Below are positions 20,098-30,452 of a stretch of 64,000 nucleotides of DNA, piece by piece. This stretch comes from an uncultured Dehalococcoidia bacterium (lineage in GTDB: Bacteria; Chloroflexota; Dehalococcoidia; Lucifugimonadales; GCA-2712585). Position numbers and translations under genes: made by a program. Within the stretch, counting starts at the first letter, position 1. Each line of letters opens with the position of its first letter. A model generated the notes under the pieces. It searched no databases and was not told where the DNA came from. It worked only from the letters and a program-made list of their open reading frames with translations. The stretch covers positions 43,289-107,288 of the forward strand of contig CAZPLA010000041.1 of the NCBI GenBank assembly GCA_964587385.1, given 5' to 3'.

Positions 20098-21567
20098 TTA
20101 AATCATGGGACGAAATTCATGCCATTGAGTAGCTTGTTCATATTGATAGGCAACGTTCAATAATTTGGCTTCAGACAAAACCGGACCCATTAATTGCATC
20201 CCAACTGGAAGTCCTTCATGAAACCCACATGGAATAGATATGGCAGGAATCCCTGCCATATTAGCCGGGATACTATTTATATCACTCAAATACATCTGAA
20301 CAGGATCCTTAGTCCGTTCACCTATGCGAAACGCCGTGGTTGGAGAAGTAGGAGTCAATAAAACATCAAATTTTTTGAAGGCCGTTTCTAATTCTCTCCG
20401 GATCAATGTGCGTACTTTCTGAGCTTTCAAATAGTAAGCATCATAATAACCAGACGATAAAGCATAAGTTCCTAACATTACTCGGCGCTTGACCTCCGGG
20501 CCAAAACCTTCCAGTCGAGTTAATTCCATAGCTTCCCACATATCATCAGTTGCAGCATAAGAATGCCCGTATTTAACACCGTCATATCTAGCTAAATTAG
20601 CTGAGCATTCTGACGGAGCTATGATGTAATAACAAGCCAACGCATATTTTGTATTAGGCATGCTTATTTCCTCTAGATAGGCTCCCTGTCCCTCCAACAC
20701 CTCCATAGCTTTTCGCACAGCGTTAGTTACTCCTGGTTGAATTCCGGCACCAAAATATTCCTTTGGAATTCCAACTTTTATGCCTTTGATATCTCTTTCC
20801 AATCCGGCGAGGTAATTTGGAGAATCCATTCTTATAGACGTTGAGTCCAATGGATCGTGTCCAACAATGGCATTAAGAACGAGAGCAGAATCATAAACAT
20901 CTTTAGTCATAGGACCTATTTGGTCTAGAGAGGAGGCGAAGGCAATAAGCCCGTAGCGACTCACTAAACCATAAGTGGGCTTCAAAGCAACAATCCCACA
21001 TAAACTGGCTGGCTGACGAATGCTCCCTCCAGTATCAGAGCCCAAAGCATAGAAAACTTCTCCTGAAGCTACTGCAGCAGCGCTGCCTCCACTACTGCCG
21101 CCAGGAACTCTACCCGTGTCCCATGGGTTTTTCGTCGGATAGAAAGCCGAGTTTTCCGTGGATGACCCCATCGCAAATTCATCCATGTTTCCCTTGCCTA
21201 GGAGCACTGCATGATTATCATATAACTTCTGGGCAACTGTAGCGTTATATGGAGGAATAAAGTCCTTCAACATTTTAGACGCACATGTAGTTTTTATTCC
21301 CTTGGTACATATCACATCTTTAAGCTGCACTGGAACACCAGCAATAGGGCTACCGCCCTCAAAATCGTATTCGGAATCCAGAATTCGAGCTGCCTTTAAT
21401 GCACTTTTTTCAGTAACCGTAACAAAGGCTTTCAGTTCCGAATCGATTGCTCTAATTCGCGAAATGCACGCCTTAGTCAACTCTTCAGAACTTATCTCTC
21501 CATCCCTGAGCAATTTCCTCACATCGTGCAAAGTGCGGTCATGCAACGCTGACGAATTCCTATTCAT
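20098..21567 (-). CDS. gatA: Asp/Glu-tRNA amidotransferase subunit A
   Basis: Amidase signature 'GGSSGGSAAAV', 'GSDTGGSIRQPAS', 'NLARYDGVKYG'; start moved to ATG 21567, overlapping the gatC end. Confidence 0.97.
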   Translation of the reverse strand: MNRNSSALHDRTLHDVRKLLRDGEISSEELTKACISRIRAIDSELKAFVTVTEKSALKAARILDSEYDFEGGSPIAGVPVQLKDVICTKGIKTTCASKMLKDFIPPYNATVAQKLYDNHAVLLGKGNMDEFAMGSSTENSAFYPTKNPWDTGRVPGGSSGGSAAAVASGEVFYALGSDTGGSIRQPASLCGIVALKPTYGLVSRYGLIAFASSLDQIGPMTKDVYDSALVLNAIVGHDPLDSTSIRMDSPNYLAGLERDIKGIKVGIPKEYFGAGIQPGVTNAVRKAMEVLEGQGAYLEEISMPNTKYALACYYIIAPSECSANLARYDGVKYGHSYAATDDMWEAMELTRLEGFGPEVKRRVMLGTYALSSGYYDAYYLKAQKVRTLIRRELETAFKKFDVLLTPTSPTTAFRIGERTKDPVQMYLSDINSIPANMAGIPAISIPCGFHEGLPVGMQLMGPVLSEAKLLNVAYQYEQATQWHEFRPMI

Positions 21568-21850
21568 CCAATACCGCCTTGACTTTGAAAAAGTTGCCCT
21601 CTCGTTGAGGCGCATTATCTAAAACCTGTTGCTGATTCAGAGAATCATCCACTACATCATCCCTCATAACAGTCCCACTCAGAAAGGAATGCGTAGTCTC
21701 CAAAACAGCACTTGTGTCCACTTCTTCAAGCACCTGAAATTGCTTTAAGATCCCAGTTAGCTCAGCGCTTAAACTCTCTAATTCATCAGCAGTTAGGGCA
21801 ACTTTGCATAGACGGCCTATATATTGAACTTCCTTCTTAGAAATTGCCAA
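21560..21850 (-). CDS. gatC: Asp/Glu-tRNA amidotransferase subunit C
   Basis: 96 aa, 'MRDD...L.NAP.REGNFFKV.AVL', directly upstream of gatA. Confidence 0.92.
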   Translation of the reverse strand: MAISKKEVQYIGRLCKVALTADELESLSAELTGILKQFQVLEEVDTSAVLETTHSFLSGTVMRDDVVDDSLNQQQVLDNAPQREGNFFKVKAVLDE

Positions 21851-22008
21851 GGTTTTTATCCTTATCTTTTTAATTCAATCCAGTTTATCAAAGGCGCATG
21901 ATTGGCTCAACGAAACTTTGCACAGCATGTAAACAACACATTAATACAATATCCTAAAAGAACTCTACATTTCTTAATTTTCTGCTTAGAACAAACAACA
22001 TTCTTATT

Positions 22009-22569
22009 CTAATTGAACTCGTTCATCGCATTACTAATTCCATCATTCAAAAAACACTCCACTGCGTGACCAACCCTCGTTACAACATCATTAACCGATT
22101 CAATCTCAACCGTATGAAAAGTGCCTAATACATATTCCACAGGATCTATCCCTTCGGTTGGCCTTCCAATGCCCACCCTTAATCTTGGAAAATCTGTACT
22201 TCCCAATGCGTTGATAATTGACTCAATGCCGTTGTGACCTCCTGATCCTCCCTTGGTCCGTATCCTAATCGAACCTAGAGGGATATTCATATCATCGTAT
22301 AATATCAGCAAATCGGAGACACTAGCTTTAAATCTATGTAGGGACTGAAGAATCGCTATGCCACTTCTGTTAACAAAGTTACGTGGTTTGATCAAAACCA
22401 CATGACTGTCAGCAAATTTTCCTTCTCTTAAAACAGAGTTTTTGCCTCTTGATGAAACCTTAATGCCCCACTTCTTCGCCAAATGGTCAATACAGGAAAA
22501 TCCAATATTATGCCTAGTATTAATATATACATTACCCGGATTACCTAATCCTACTATCAATTTCACCAT
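22009..22569 (-). CDS. pth: peptidyl-tRNA hydrolase
   Basis: 'LIVGLGNPG..Y..TRHNIGF', 'GGHNGIESI', 'RLRVGIGRP'. Confidence 0.97.
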   Translation of the reverse strand: MVKLIVGLGNPGNVYINTRHNIGFSCIDHLAKKWGIKVSSRGKNSVLREGKFADSHVVLIKPRNFVNRSGIAILQSLHRFKASVSDLLILYDDMNIPLGSIRIRTKGGSGGHNGIESIINALGSTDFPRLRVGIGRPTEGIDPVEYVLGTFHTVEIESVNDVVTRVGHAVECFLNDGISNAMNEFN

Positions 22570-22626
22570 TACATCACTCTACATAGTCAATGATAGAAAG
22601 AATTATAGTTAAAGTCCTTACCATGC

Positions 22627-24636
22627 TCATCCTGCCAATAAAATATTTAGGTAGTCTTCATCAATAATCTTTACACCTATTCGTTTGGCAACCTCCAATT
22701 TAGAACCAGGGCTGCCTCCTACTACTAGATATGTAGTTTTTGATGTGACCATCGTCGACGTTTTGCCCCCTAATTGCTTTATCGAATTTTCAGCGTCAGA
22801 ACGACTCATGTTCTCTAATCCGCCAGTAAAACTAAAAGTCTCTCCTGCCAAAGGCAAACTTGATACATCAACCAATTCACCTGGGGCCACCAGTGTTAGT
22901 CCAAACATCCTAAGTTTTGAGATTTGAATCCTGTTTGCTTCAAGTGAAAAATGTTGGATTATACTATCAGCTATCTTAGTACCAATTCCCGGAATTGTAG
23001 TCAATTCCTCCTTTGTTGCACAAGACAATTTATCAATGTCTCCAAAGTGTTCAATTAATAAACTAGCCACGTCAGAGCCTACGTGAAGAATTCCTAAAGC
23101 AAATAGTAATCTTGACGGATGTTTTTGCTTACTCTTATCAATATTATCCATAATTTTTTTCGCAAGTTTTTCTCCCATACGGTCCAACAGGAGTAATTTT
23201 TCATTACTCAATATGAAAATATCACTCAACTCTTTAACTAGCCCTTTTGCAATCAATAAGCGGCACCAACTTTCACCCAATCCATCGATATTCATAGCTC
23301 CTTTACTAACAAAATGCTTGAATAATTCGTAAAATTGGGCTGAGCATCCCGGATTCGAACATCTATATGTAGTTTCATTTTCAGGCTTGGCCACATTGGA
23401 TTGGCAAGCTGGGCATTTATCCGGCATTTCAAATATTTTTTCATTACCCGAACGACGATCAAGCACAGGCCCTATTATCTTAGGTATGACATCTCCAGCA
23501 CGCTCAATGACAACCCAATCACCAATCCGAATGTCTTTTCTCTGAATATCGTCAAAGTTGTGCAAAGTAGCCATTTTTAAAGTTGCCCCACTAACAACAA
23601 CGGGGTCCAAAACAGCAAACGGGTTGAGGCTCCCTGTCCGTCCCACATTGATCTTAATATCAAGCAGTTTAGTAACAGCTCGTTGCGCAGGAAATTTGTA
23701 AGCCACTGCCCATCTCGGTTCTCGTCCGGATATGCCTAATTGTTCCCTGAATTCCATCGAGTTAACCTTAATAACAATTCCATCCACCGCATAGGGCAAA
23801 GAATAACGGCGTTCCTGCCATAGCTCATGATATTCTTGGATATCTCCCAGGGCATCGCACCAGATATTATGTAAACTAATTTTAAATCCTAAGTCCCTCA
23901 ACATTTGTAAAGTTTCCCAATGGCTGGCAGGTGTGTTGTCAGTTTCTACTAATCCCAAACCGTAGACCATGATGTCTAGGTTTCTAGAAGAAGTTATATT
24001 GGAATCCAATTGCCTTATGGAACCAGCGGCTGTGTTACGAGGATTAGCATACGTAGGAATCCCCAACTCAATGCGCTCGTTATTCAATTTATGGAATTCC
24101 TCGGTAGGGATATACACTTCACCCCTAACCTCTAGCACCCCTGATATGCTATTCAACAGCATAAGTGGAATGCTTTTTATCGTTCTTAGATTCGCCGTTA
24201 CTTTTTCTCCCACATTTCCATCGCCTCGTGTAGCACCTTCAATTAAAGAGCCATCCTGATAGGTGAGAGATACAGCAAGACCATCTATCTTAAGCTCGCA
24301 AACCATCTCAATTGAATCAACATCCAAGCTACCGATGACCCGCTTATGCCAAGCTTCTAATTCTGCATACGAAAAAACATTGGCCAAGCTAAGCATCGGA
24401 ATTCCATGTTCGACCTGGCTAAACCCTTTAGACGGACCTCCTCCTACTCTTTGAGTTGGTGAATTTGCAACAATGAGCTCTGGATGCCTATTCTCCAAAT
24501 CACTCAATTCCACCATAAGTTCATCAAATTTTGAGTCTTCAATTAAAGGATCGTCTAAAACAAAATATCTATGGTTATGGTAATGAATTTTCTCTCTCAA
24601 TTCGGCTAATCGATCTTCTATACGATTCTCTGGCAT
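22627..24636 (-). CDS. ligA: NAD-dependent DNA ligase
   Basis: 'ELKIDGLA', 'EVRGEV', 'PRWAVAYKF', Zn finger, HhH repeats, BRCT domain. Confidence 0.97.
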   Translation of the reverse strand: MPENRIEDRLAELREKIHYHNHRYFVLDDPLIEDSKFDELMVELSDLENRHPELIVANSPTQRVGGGPSKGFSQVEHGIPMLSLANVFSYAELEAWHKRVIGSLDVDSIEMVCELKIDGLAVSLTYQDGSLIEGATRGDGNVGEKVTANLRTIKSIPLMLLNSISGVLEVRGEVYIPTEEFHKLNNERIELGIPTYANPRNTAAGSIRQLDSNITSSRNLDIMVYGLGLVETDNTPASHWETLQMLRDLGFKISLHNIWCDALGDIQEYHELWQERRYSLPYAVDGIVIKVNSMEFREQLGISGREPRWAVAYKFPAQRAVTKLLDIKINVGRTGSLNPFAVLDPVVVSGATLKMATLHNFDDIQRKDIRIGDWVVIERAGDVIPKIIGPVLDRRSGNEKIFEMPDKCPACQSNVAKPENETTYRCSNPGCSAQFYELFKHFVSKGAMNIDGLGESWCRLLIAKGLVKELSDIFILSNEKLLLLDRMGEKLAKKIMDNIDKSKQKHPSRLLFALGILHVGSDVASLLIEHFGDIDKLSCATKEELTTIPGIGTKIADSIIQHFSLEANRIQISKLRMFGLTLVAPGELVDVSSLPLAGETFSFTGGLENMSRSDAENSIKQLGGKTSTMVTSKTTYLVVGGSPGSKLEVAKRIGVKIIDEDYLNILLAG

Positions 24637-24730
24637 AACTACGCCCTTCTAACAACATTATCTGACAAAATGTATAATATCATCTCCGATAGACAAAGTG
24701 AGTAGTATATTTTGAGAGGAGTTAATAACA

Positions 24731-26020
24731 TTGGCACAGGTTAAACCATTTAGGGGTCTCTTATATAACCCGGATTTATTAGATGATTTATCAAACATAA
24801 TATGCCCACCATATGATGTGATATCTAGTCAGATGCAAACTGAACTCTACCAAAAGAGTCCCTACAACATGGTGCGCTTAGAAGAGGGACTAAATAATTC
24901 AACAGATGACGACTGTAACAACAGATACACTCGAGCAGCTAGCACACTCCAAAAATGGATAGATTCCAAAATCCTGATCAGAGATACTAATCCTGCCTTT
25001 TATGTTCTAAACCACAGATTCTCTTACGGTGGAAAAACCATAGAACGATTAGGATTCATTGGAGCTGTCAAACTAGAACCTCAGGACAAGGAAATCATAC
25101 TAGCACACGAATACACACGACCCGAGCCTAAAGTAGATCGTCTTCAACTCATGGAAGCGTGTCATGCTAACTTTAGCCAAATCATGCTTTGCTACAGAGA
25201 CGATAGCACCCAACTATCATCTATATTAAAGCAAGTTTCAAAAAGCGTGCCAGATTTTTCCTTTTGTGGAGGTGCAGAAGGGAATTACAGCCTATGGCGA
25301 ATTACAGACTCCTCAACATCAAAATTAATCAGCGACAGCATGTCATCTAAGCAATTGTACATTGCGGATGGCCATCACAGATTTGAGACCGCATTAACAT
25401 ATAGAAACAATGCTCTCTCAAAAGAATCCCTACCTGACGAAGCCAGCAATTTCACTATGTCGTATCTAGTTGACTTCGATGACCCAGGATTAATAGTACA
25501 AGGATATCATCGAATAGTTCATACATTAGATGAAAATGCTAGTAAAAATCTGTGGAGCAGAATAAGAGAAATTTTTGACATTCACCGTTTGGACTCTCAA
25601 GCCAGTAATGATATTGGTAAAGTTCTCGAAGAGATACAGTACAAAGGTAAAAGTAATTATTGTATGGGTTTACTAACGGCAGAAGAACCGCCACTGATTC
25701 TGTCTCTACGAACAAAATTCATTCCGGAAAATATGGAACCCATGTCATGTTTAGAAGCATGGTTACTAGAAGAGTTGCTACTAAAACCAATACTTGGATC
25801 GAATCTAGAACAACATGTTTCGTGGATCCATGACCCAGAGGAAGCTGCCCAACAAACTAACGCTGAACTCGGAAGTCTTGCCTTTTTACTTAACCCTATA
25901 TCTTTCGATCTCTTCGAAAGCATAGTTAAGAATGGAAAGAAATTACCAAGGAAATCCACCTTTTTTTATCCTAAGGTACCTTCTGGATTAACCATAAACT
26001 TATTGAACGGGACTATTTGA
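24731..26020 (+). CDS. DUF1015 family protein
   Basis: 'V.PFRG', 'PPYDVIS', 'IADGHHR', 'PRKSTFFYPK..SGL'. Confidence 0.88.
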   Translation: MAQVKPFRGLLYNPDLLDDLSNIICPPYDVISSQMQTELYQKSPYNMVRLEEGLNNSTDDDCNNRYTRAASTLQKWIDSKILIRDTNPAFYVLNHRFSYGGKTIERLGFIGAVKLEPQDKEIILAHEYTRPEPKVDRLQLMEACHANFSQIMLCYRDDSTQLSSILKQVSKSVPDFSFCGGAEGNYSLWRITDSSTSKLISDSMSSKQLYIADGHHRFETALTYRNNALSKESLPDEASNFTMSYLVDFDDPGLIVQGYHRIVHTLDENASKNLWSRIREIFDIHRLDSQASNDIGKVLEEIQYKGKSNYCMGLLTAEEPPLILSLRTKFIPENMEPMSCLEAWLLEELLLKPILGSNLEQHVSWIHDPEEAAQQTNAELGSLAFLLNPISFDLFESIVKNGKKLPRKSTFFYPKVPSGLTINLLNGTI

Positions 26021-26064
26021 TTAACTGGGGATCCTAGAAATAATGAACAATTAAAGAAATCAAG

Positions 26065-27189
26065 TTACTTTATCGCAATTTGGTGACCCATTTCCCCTAG
26101 CACTAATTGCAAGGCATCAAACATCTCAAATATTTCTTTTTCAGTAACCGCGCCCATATGTCCAATTCGGAATATTTTCCCCTCTAAGCTGCCTGGACCA
26201 TCTGCCAGAACAACTTTATGCTCCGTTCTCAATGTTTCTATTAATTCTACTCCATCTATTCCTTCAGGAATTTTAACTGCCGTTACAGTATTTGATGAAT
26301 CTCTTTCTAGGGGGAATAAAGACAATCCAAGTTGAGTCACATTTTTCCTGGTAAGTTCAGCAATATGTTGATGCCATTCATAAACTTTATCAAGTCCAGA
26401 ATTTAATAGCATATCCAATGCTATATCGAGAGCAAAAAATGCGGGAATATTGGGAGTAAAGCAAGTTTGACCTTTTTCCAAAAACTGTTGCGCTGATCCA
26501 AGATCAAAATAATAACGACGACTTGTCGATTTTTCCCAAGCGGCCCACGCTGTAGAACTGAAACTTATAAAGGCTAATCCTGGAGGCACAAGAAATCCCT
26601 TTTGCGAAGCCGTAGCTACAACATCACATCCCCATCGATCTACTGGTAAGGGAATACAACCCAAACTGCTTATCGCATCAACGATCAATAATTTATCAAA
26701 CTCGCCTTTAGTGATCGCAGATATCGACTCAAGATCATTAGTTGTTCCAGTAGAAGTTTCATTATGGACGGTCAGAACTGCCTTTATCTCGGGATCCTCA
26801 TTTAATGCTGCTCGCATACATTTGGGATCAACAACCGTGCCTGGCTCAAATTCTAGACGCGTAACCAAACATCCTATAGCCTCTGCCATATCAGCAAATC
26901 GTTTTCCAAAAGCACCCGTCACCGTTGCCAAGACTTTATCTCCTGGCGATAGTGTATTAATTAAAGCCGCTTCAAGAGCTCCGGTCCCAGAAGATGTGAG
27001 GATATACAGATCATTTGTAGTATTGAAAACCTGTTTCAGCCTGTCTGTCACACTGTATAGGAGTTCCTTGAATTCAGGACCTCGATGGTTTATTAAAGGC
27101 TGCGACATAGACTCCATAACCTCTAATGGACAAGGTACGGGTCCTGGTATTCTCAAGTTTTGCATATCCATCCTAGAGCCTCCAAGCAA
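26065..27189 (-). CDS. class V PLP aminotransferase (alanine-glyoxylate / serine-pyruvate type)
   Basis: 'LRIPGPVP', 'SSGTGALEA', 'HNETSTG', 'VDAISS', 'SQKG', 'FRIGHMG'; the true start may be a few codons downstream. Confidence 0.9.
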   Translation of the reverse strand: MLGGSRMDMQNLRIPGPVPCPLEVMESMSQPLINHRGPEFKELLYSVTDRLKQVFNTTNDLYILTSSGTGALEAALINTLSPGDKVLATVTGAFGKRFADMAEAIGCLVTRLEFEPGTVVDPKCMRAALNEDPEIKAVLTVHNETSTGTTNDLESISAITKGEFDKLLIVDAISSLGCIPLPVDRWGCDVVATASQKGFLVPPGLAFISFSSTAWAAWEKSTSRRYYFDLGSAQQFLEKGQTCFTPNIPAFFALDIALDMLLNSGLDKVYEWHQHIAELTRKNVTQLGLSLFPLERDSSNTVTAVKIPEGIDGVELIETLRTEHKVVLADGPGSLEGKIFRIGHMGAVTEKEIFEMFDALQLVLGEMGHQIAIK

Positions 27190-27238
27190 GACATACGATT
27201 TCTAATTCTCTAATAGTTCTAAGTCCCCAACGGTTCAG

Positions 27239-28525
27239 TCAACGAGCATCAAAATCAATTAACCTCAAAAAACGACGCCTCCCCGCTTTAATAGTTAATC
27301 CATCATGCACGGGTGTAACACCCTCAGTTATTTTGCAATGATTTATTTCTACAGCCCCCTGAGCAACTAAACGTTTGGCTTCGCTAATAGAGGAAACAAG
27401 ACCTGTATTAAATAGTAGATCAAAAATGGACACTTCCATCTGGTCAGTAACCTTTACTAATTTTGTTCTATCGCTAGTTCCATCCAACCTAATAAATAAC
27501 ATCCTACGCTGGTCTCCAGAACCTTCTACTTGAAACCCAATTTCAGGCATATCGTCTGGCATCAACCGACGTTGAACGACTTTTTCAAAATTGCTTTGAG
27601 CGCTAAAGGCTTTTTCCGAACCATGGAATTGACTCGTTATATCTAGTGAGAGTTGCTTTTTTAGATCCATTGGATTTACTGATTCCTCTTCAATTGCTTT
27701 AGTCATTTCCTCTAGTTCAGAATCGGCAACATCCGTCAAATATTCAAAGTAATTAATTATTAAATTATCTGCTATAGACATCAGCTTCCCAAACATATCA
27801 TTGGGTAAATCCTCTAATCCAATATAATTATCAAAACTCTGACTCATTTTACGGACACCATCAGTCCCTACTAGCAACGGATTAAGAAAACATTGTTGTG
27901 GTCGTTGCCCCATCATAGCCTGAAGTTCGCGACCCACCAAAAGGTTAAATTTTTGATCAGTACCACCAAATTCAACATCGGATTTTATTACTACGGAGTC
28001 ATACGCTTGAAGCAATGGATAAAGAAATTCGGTTAGCGCTATCGGGCGATTAGCTTTAAATCTAATCGAGAAGTCATCTCTTTCCAAAAACTGAGCTACA
28101 GTGAATTTACTGGTAAGATTTATTACATCTTCAAGTTTAAATTTGCCAAACCACTCGCTTTGAAACACAGTATCGGTCCGTTCTTTATCTACTACCTTAA
28201 AAAATTGCTCCATGTATGTCTTGGCGTTAGCCAAAACTTCCTCGTGGCTAAGCATTATCCGCGTTGCTGATTGTCCACTAGGATCCCCTATCTGAGCAGT
28301 CCAATCCCCAACAATTAATATCACTCTATGGCCCAATTCCTGTAATGCCCGAAGTTTCCTCAAGGCTACAACATACCCCAAATGGATGTCTGGCCTACTG
28401 GGATCGAATCCCATCTTAAGTCTGAGAGGTTTACCCTCCTGCAAAAGTGAAACAAACTCATCCTTAACTATGATTTCAGAAACCCCACGATTTATTATGG
28501 TGCTTAAATTATTATGATCCAACAT
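27239..28525 (-). CDS. tyrS: tyrosyl-tRNA synthetase
   Basis: 'GFDPS.PDIHLG', 'IGDPSG', 'YPLLQAYD', 'GGTDQKFN', KMSQS, C-terminal S4 domain. Confidence 0.95.
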   Translation of the reverse strand: MLDHNNLSTIINRGVSEIIVKDEFVSLLQEGKPLRLKMGFDPSRPDIHLGYVVALRKLRALQELGHRVILIVGDWTAQIGDPSGQSATRIMLSHEEVLANAKTYMEQFFKVVDKERTDTVFQSEWFGKFKLEDVINLTSKFTVAQFLERDDFSIRFKANRPIALTEFLYPLLQAYDSVVIKSDVEFGGTDQKFNLLVGRELQAMMGQRPQQCFLNPLLVGTDGVRKMSQSFDNYIGLEDLPNDMFGKLMSIADNLIINYFEYLTDVADSELEEMTKAIEEESVNPMDLKKQLSLDITSQFHGSEKAFSAQSNFEKVVQRRLMPDDMPEIGFQVEGSGDQRRMLFIRLDGTSDRTKLVKVTDQMEVSIFDLLFNTGLVSSISEAKRLVAQGAVEINHCKITEGVTPVHDGLTIKAGRRRFLRLIDFDAR

Positions 28526-29474
28526 GACTACACCCAGCGTTTCCATCAAGAATTACTGTCGCTCGTTCTACATCGTTTTTCATCTGCCTAATCAAGTCCT
28601 CATGTTGTTCAAAATAAAGTTCATCTCTGATCCTTGCTACAAACTCCAATGACACCGTAGCATCATATATATCACATTTGAAATCCATAATATAAGATTC
28701 AATGGAACGTTGACCTGAATCGAATGTGGGACGAGTTCCTATCCCTGTAGCTGACTTGTGTTTCTGACCATTCACAGTAATCCACGTAGCATAGACTCCA
28801 TCACCAGGAACAAGCAGTTGAGATTCTATATCCAAATTAGCGGTAGGAAATCCTAGAGATCTCCCTCTCCCGGCCCCTTTGGATACAACGCCACATAGCT
28901 TAAAAGGCCTACCTAGCATTTTACATGCGGTTTCTACTTCGCCCTCAGAAATAATTTTTCTTAAAAGTCTACTCCTAATAGGTTGTTCTCCATACAACTT
29001 GGGATCAATCACCTTAATCGAGAATCCCATTTCCTCGCCAATGCCTTCAAGGGTTTTTATATCTCCCTCCCTATTATGACCTAATGCAAAGTCTGGACCT
29101 ACAACTAGGCCTTTCATTCTTAGATCTCTAACCAATAATCTGCAAAAGTCTCTGGCCTTAACACACGACAATTGTCTAGTGAAATCTAATACCGTTATCA
29201 AATCAATTTGCTGGCTTCGTATCAATTCAATCCTATCCTCTAATGAAGATATATAGTTCAGATTTATGGCAGGTATTAGAATTTCCCTGGGGTTGTTACG
29301 AAATGTCACTACATTCGATAGAAGGTTGCGACTTTCTGCCTCTTCCTTAAGGGATTTAAATAAGGTTTGATGTCCCTGATGAACTCCATCAAAAGTGCCT
29401 ACAGCAAGGACTGTATCTCTCGAAGGAATATTCTCAGATAACTTATATTGAATAGACACGAACTCACTACTCAC
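28512..29474 (-). CDS. ribF: bifunctional riboflavin kinase / FAD synthetase
   Basis: 'GTFDGVHQGH', 'VGPDFALG', 'GRSLGFPTAN', 'IGTRPTF'. Confidence 0.95.
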   Translation of the reverse strand: MSSEFVSIQYKLSENIPSRDTVLAVGTFDGVHQGHQTLFKSLKEEAESRNLLSNVVTFRNNPREILIPAINLNYISSLEDRIELIRSQQIDLITVLDFTRQLSCVKARDFCRLLVRDLRMKGLVVGPDFALGHNREGDIKTLEGIGEEMGFSIKVIDPKLYGEQPIRSRLLRKIISEGEVETACKMLGRPFKLCGVVSKGAGRGRSLGFPTANLDIESQLLVPGDGVYATWITVNGQKHKSATGIGTRPTFDSGQRSIESYIMDFKCDIYDATVSLEFVARIRDELYFEQHEDLIRQMKNDVERATVILDGNAGCSHVGS

Positions 29475-29579
29475 AAGATATTGATTTGAACTGAGAGCTT
29501 CACCTACACTAAGCTCCTAAAAATTGATGGTAGCATAGGGTCAAAAGAGGGGTCAACGGAAACCTTACACTCTTAAAGC

Positions 29580-30452
29580 CTACCATTTTTGTTTAGATTT
29601 AATAATCCTGGTCTCTCCTGAGTAAATATTGAACACATTTGATTTGACGAATCCGACCAATGTCATGTCAAAGTTATTTGCCAAATCTACTGCCAGGCTA
29701 GAAGGAGCTCCAACTGCTACAATAATCGGTATCCCGGCGGCTAGAGCCTTTTGTATGATTTCATAACTAACACGTCCACTTACTACCAAAATATTCTCGT
29801 GAAAGGGCATCTTCCCAGCCAATAACCCCCAACCTATTAATTTATCCAGTGCATTATGCCTTCCTACGTCCTCTCTAACAGCCAAGAGTTGACCATCTGT
29901 ATTAAACAATCCGGCAGCATGAATCCCACCAGTCTTATTAAAAACCTTCTGGGACTTTCTAAGACTACCCGGCAATTGATTTATAATGCCAGATATGATC
30001 GTTGGTCTGTCGTGTGAAGGTTTAACATATTCACGAAGCTCTAATGCTTCCAAAGATGCTTTACCACAAATGCCACAACTTGACGATGTATAAAAATTGC
30101 GTGTTAGCTGAGAACTATCAAATGCTACGTCGGATTTCAGGTAAACATTTACTATGTTGTAATGCTGATTCACATCATCATCTGTGCAGTAAGCAATTCG
30201 ACGAATTTCCTCTCTCCCATTGATTAACCCTTCAGTAAAAAGAAAGCCAGCAGCTAACTCATAATCGTTCAAAGTCGTTCGCATCGTAACGGCCACACTA
30301 GTATGATCCATACCATTTAGCCCTGGATGGTAAATGCGAATCTCTAAAGGTTCCTCAGTGGCAACAATATCTACATGTTGCGTAACTATATCGCCTTCGA
30401 CACGAGTTATATTCGCTTTAACAGTCGACCCTAGAAACTTCTCATTTCTCAT
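29580..30452 (-). CDS. fdhD: formate dehydrogenase accessory sulfurtransferase
   Basis: 'EEPLEI', 'SSCGICG', 'TGGIHAA', 'EDVGRHNALDKLIG'. Confidence 0.95.
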   Translation of the reverse strand: MRNEKFLGSTVKANITRVEGDIVTQHVDIVATEEPLEIRIYHPGLNGMDHTSVAVTMRTTLNDYELAAGFLFTEGLINGREEIRRIAYCTDDDVNQHYNIVNVYLKSDVAFDSSQLTRNFYTSSSCGICGKASLEALELREYVKPSHDRPTIISGIINQLPGSLRKSQKVFNKTGGIHAAGLFNTDGQLLAVREDVGRHNALDKLIGWGLLAGKMPFHENILVVSGRVSYEIIQKALAAGIPIIVAVGAPSSLAVDLANNFDMTLVGFVKSNVFNIYSGETRIIKSKQKW

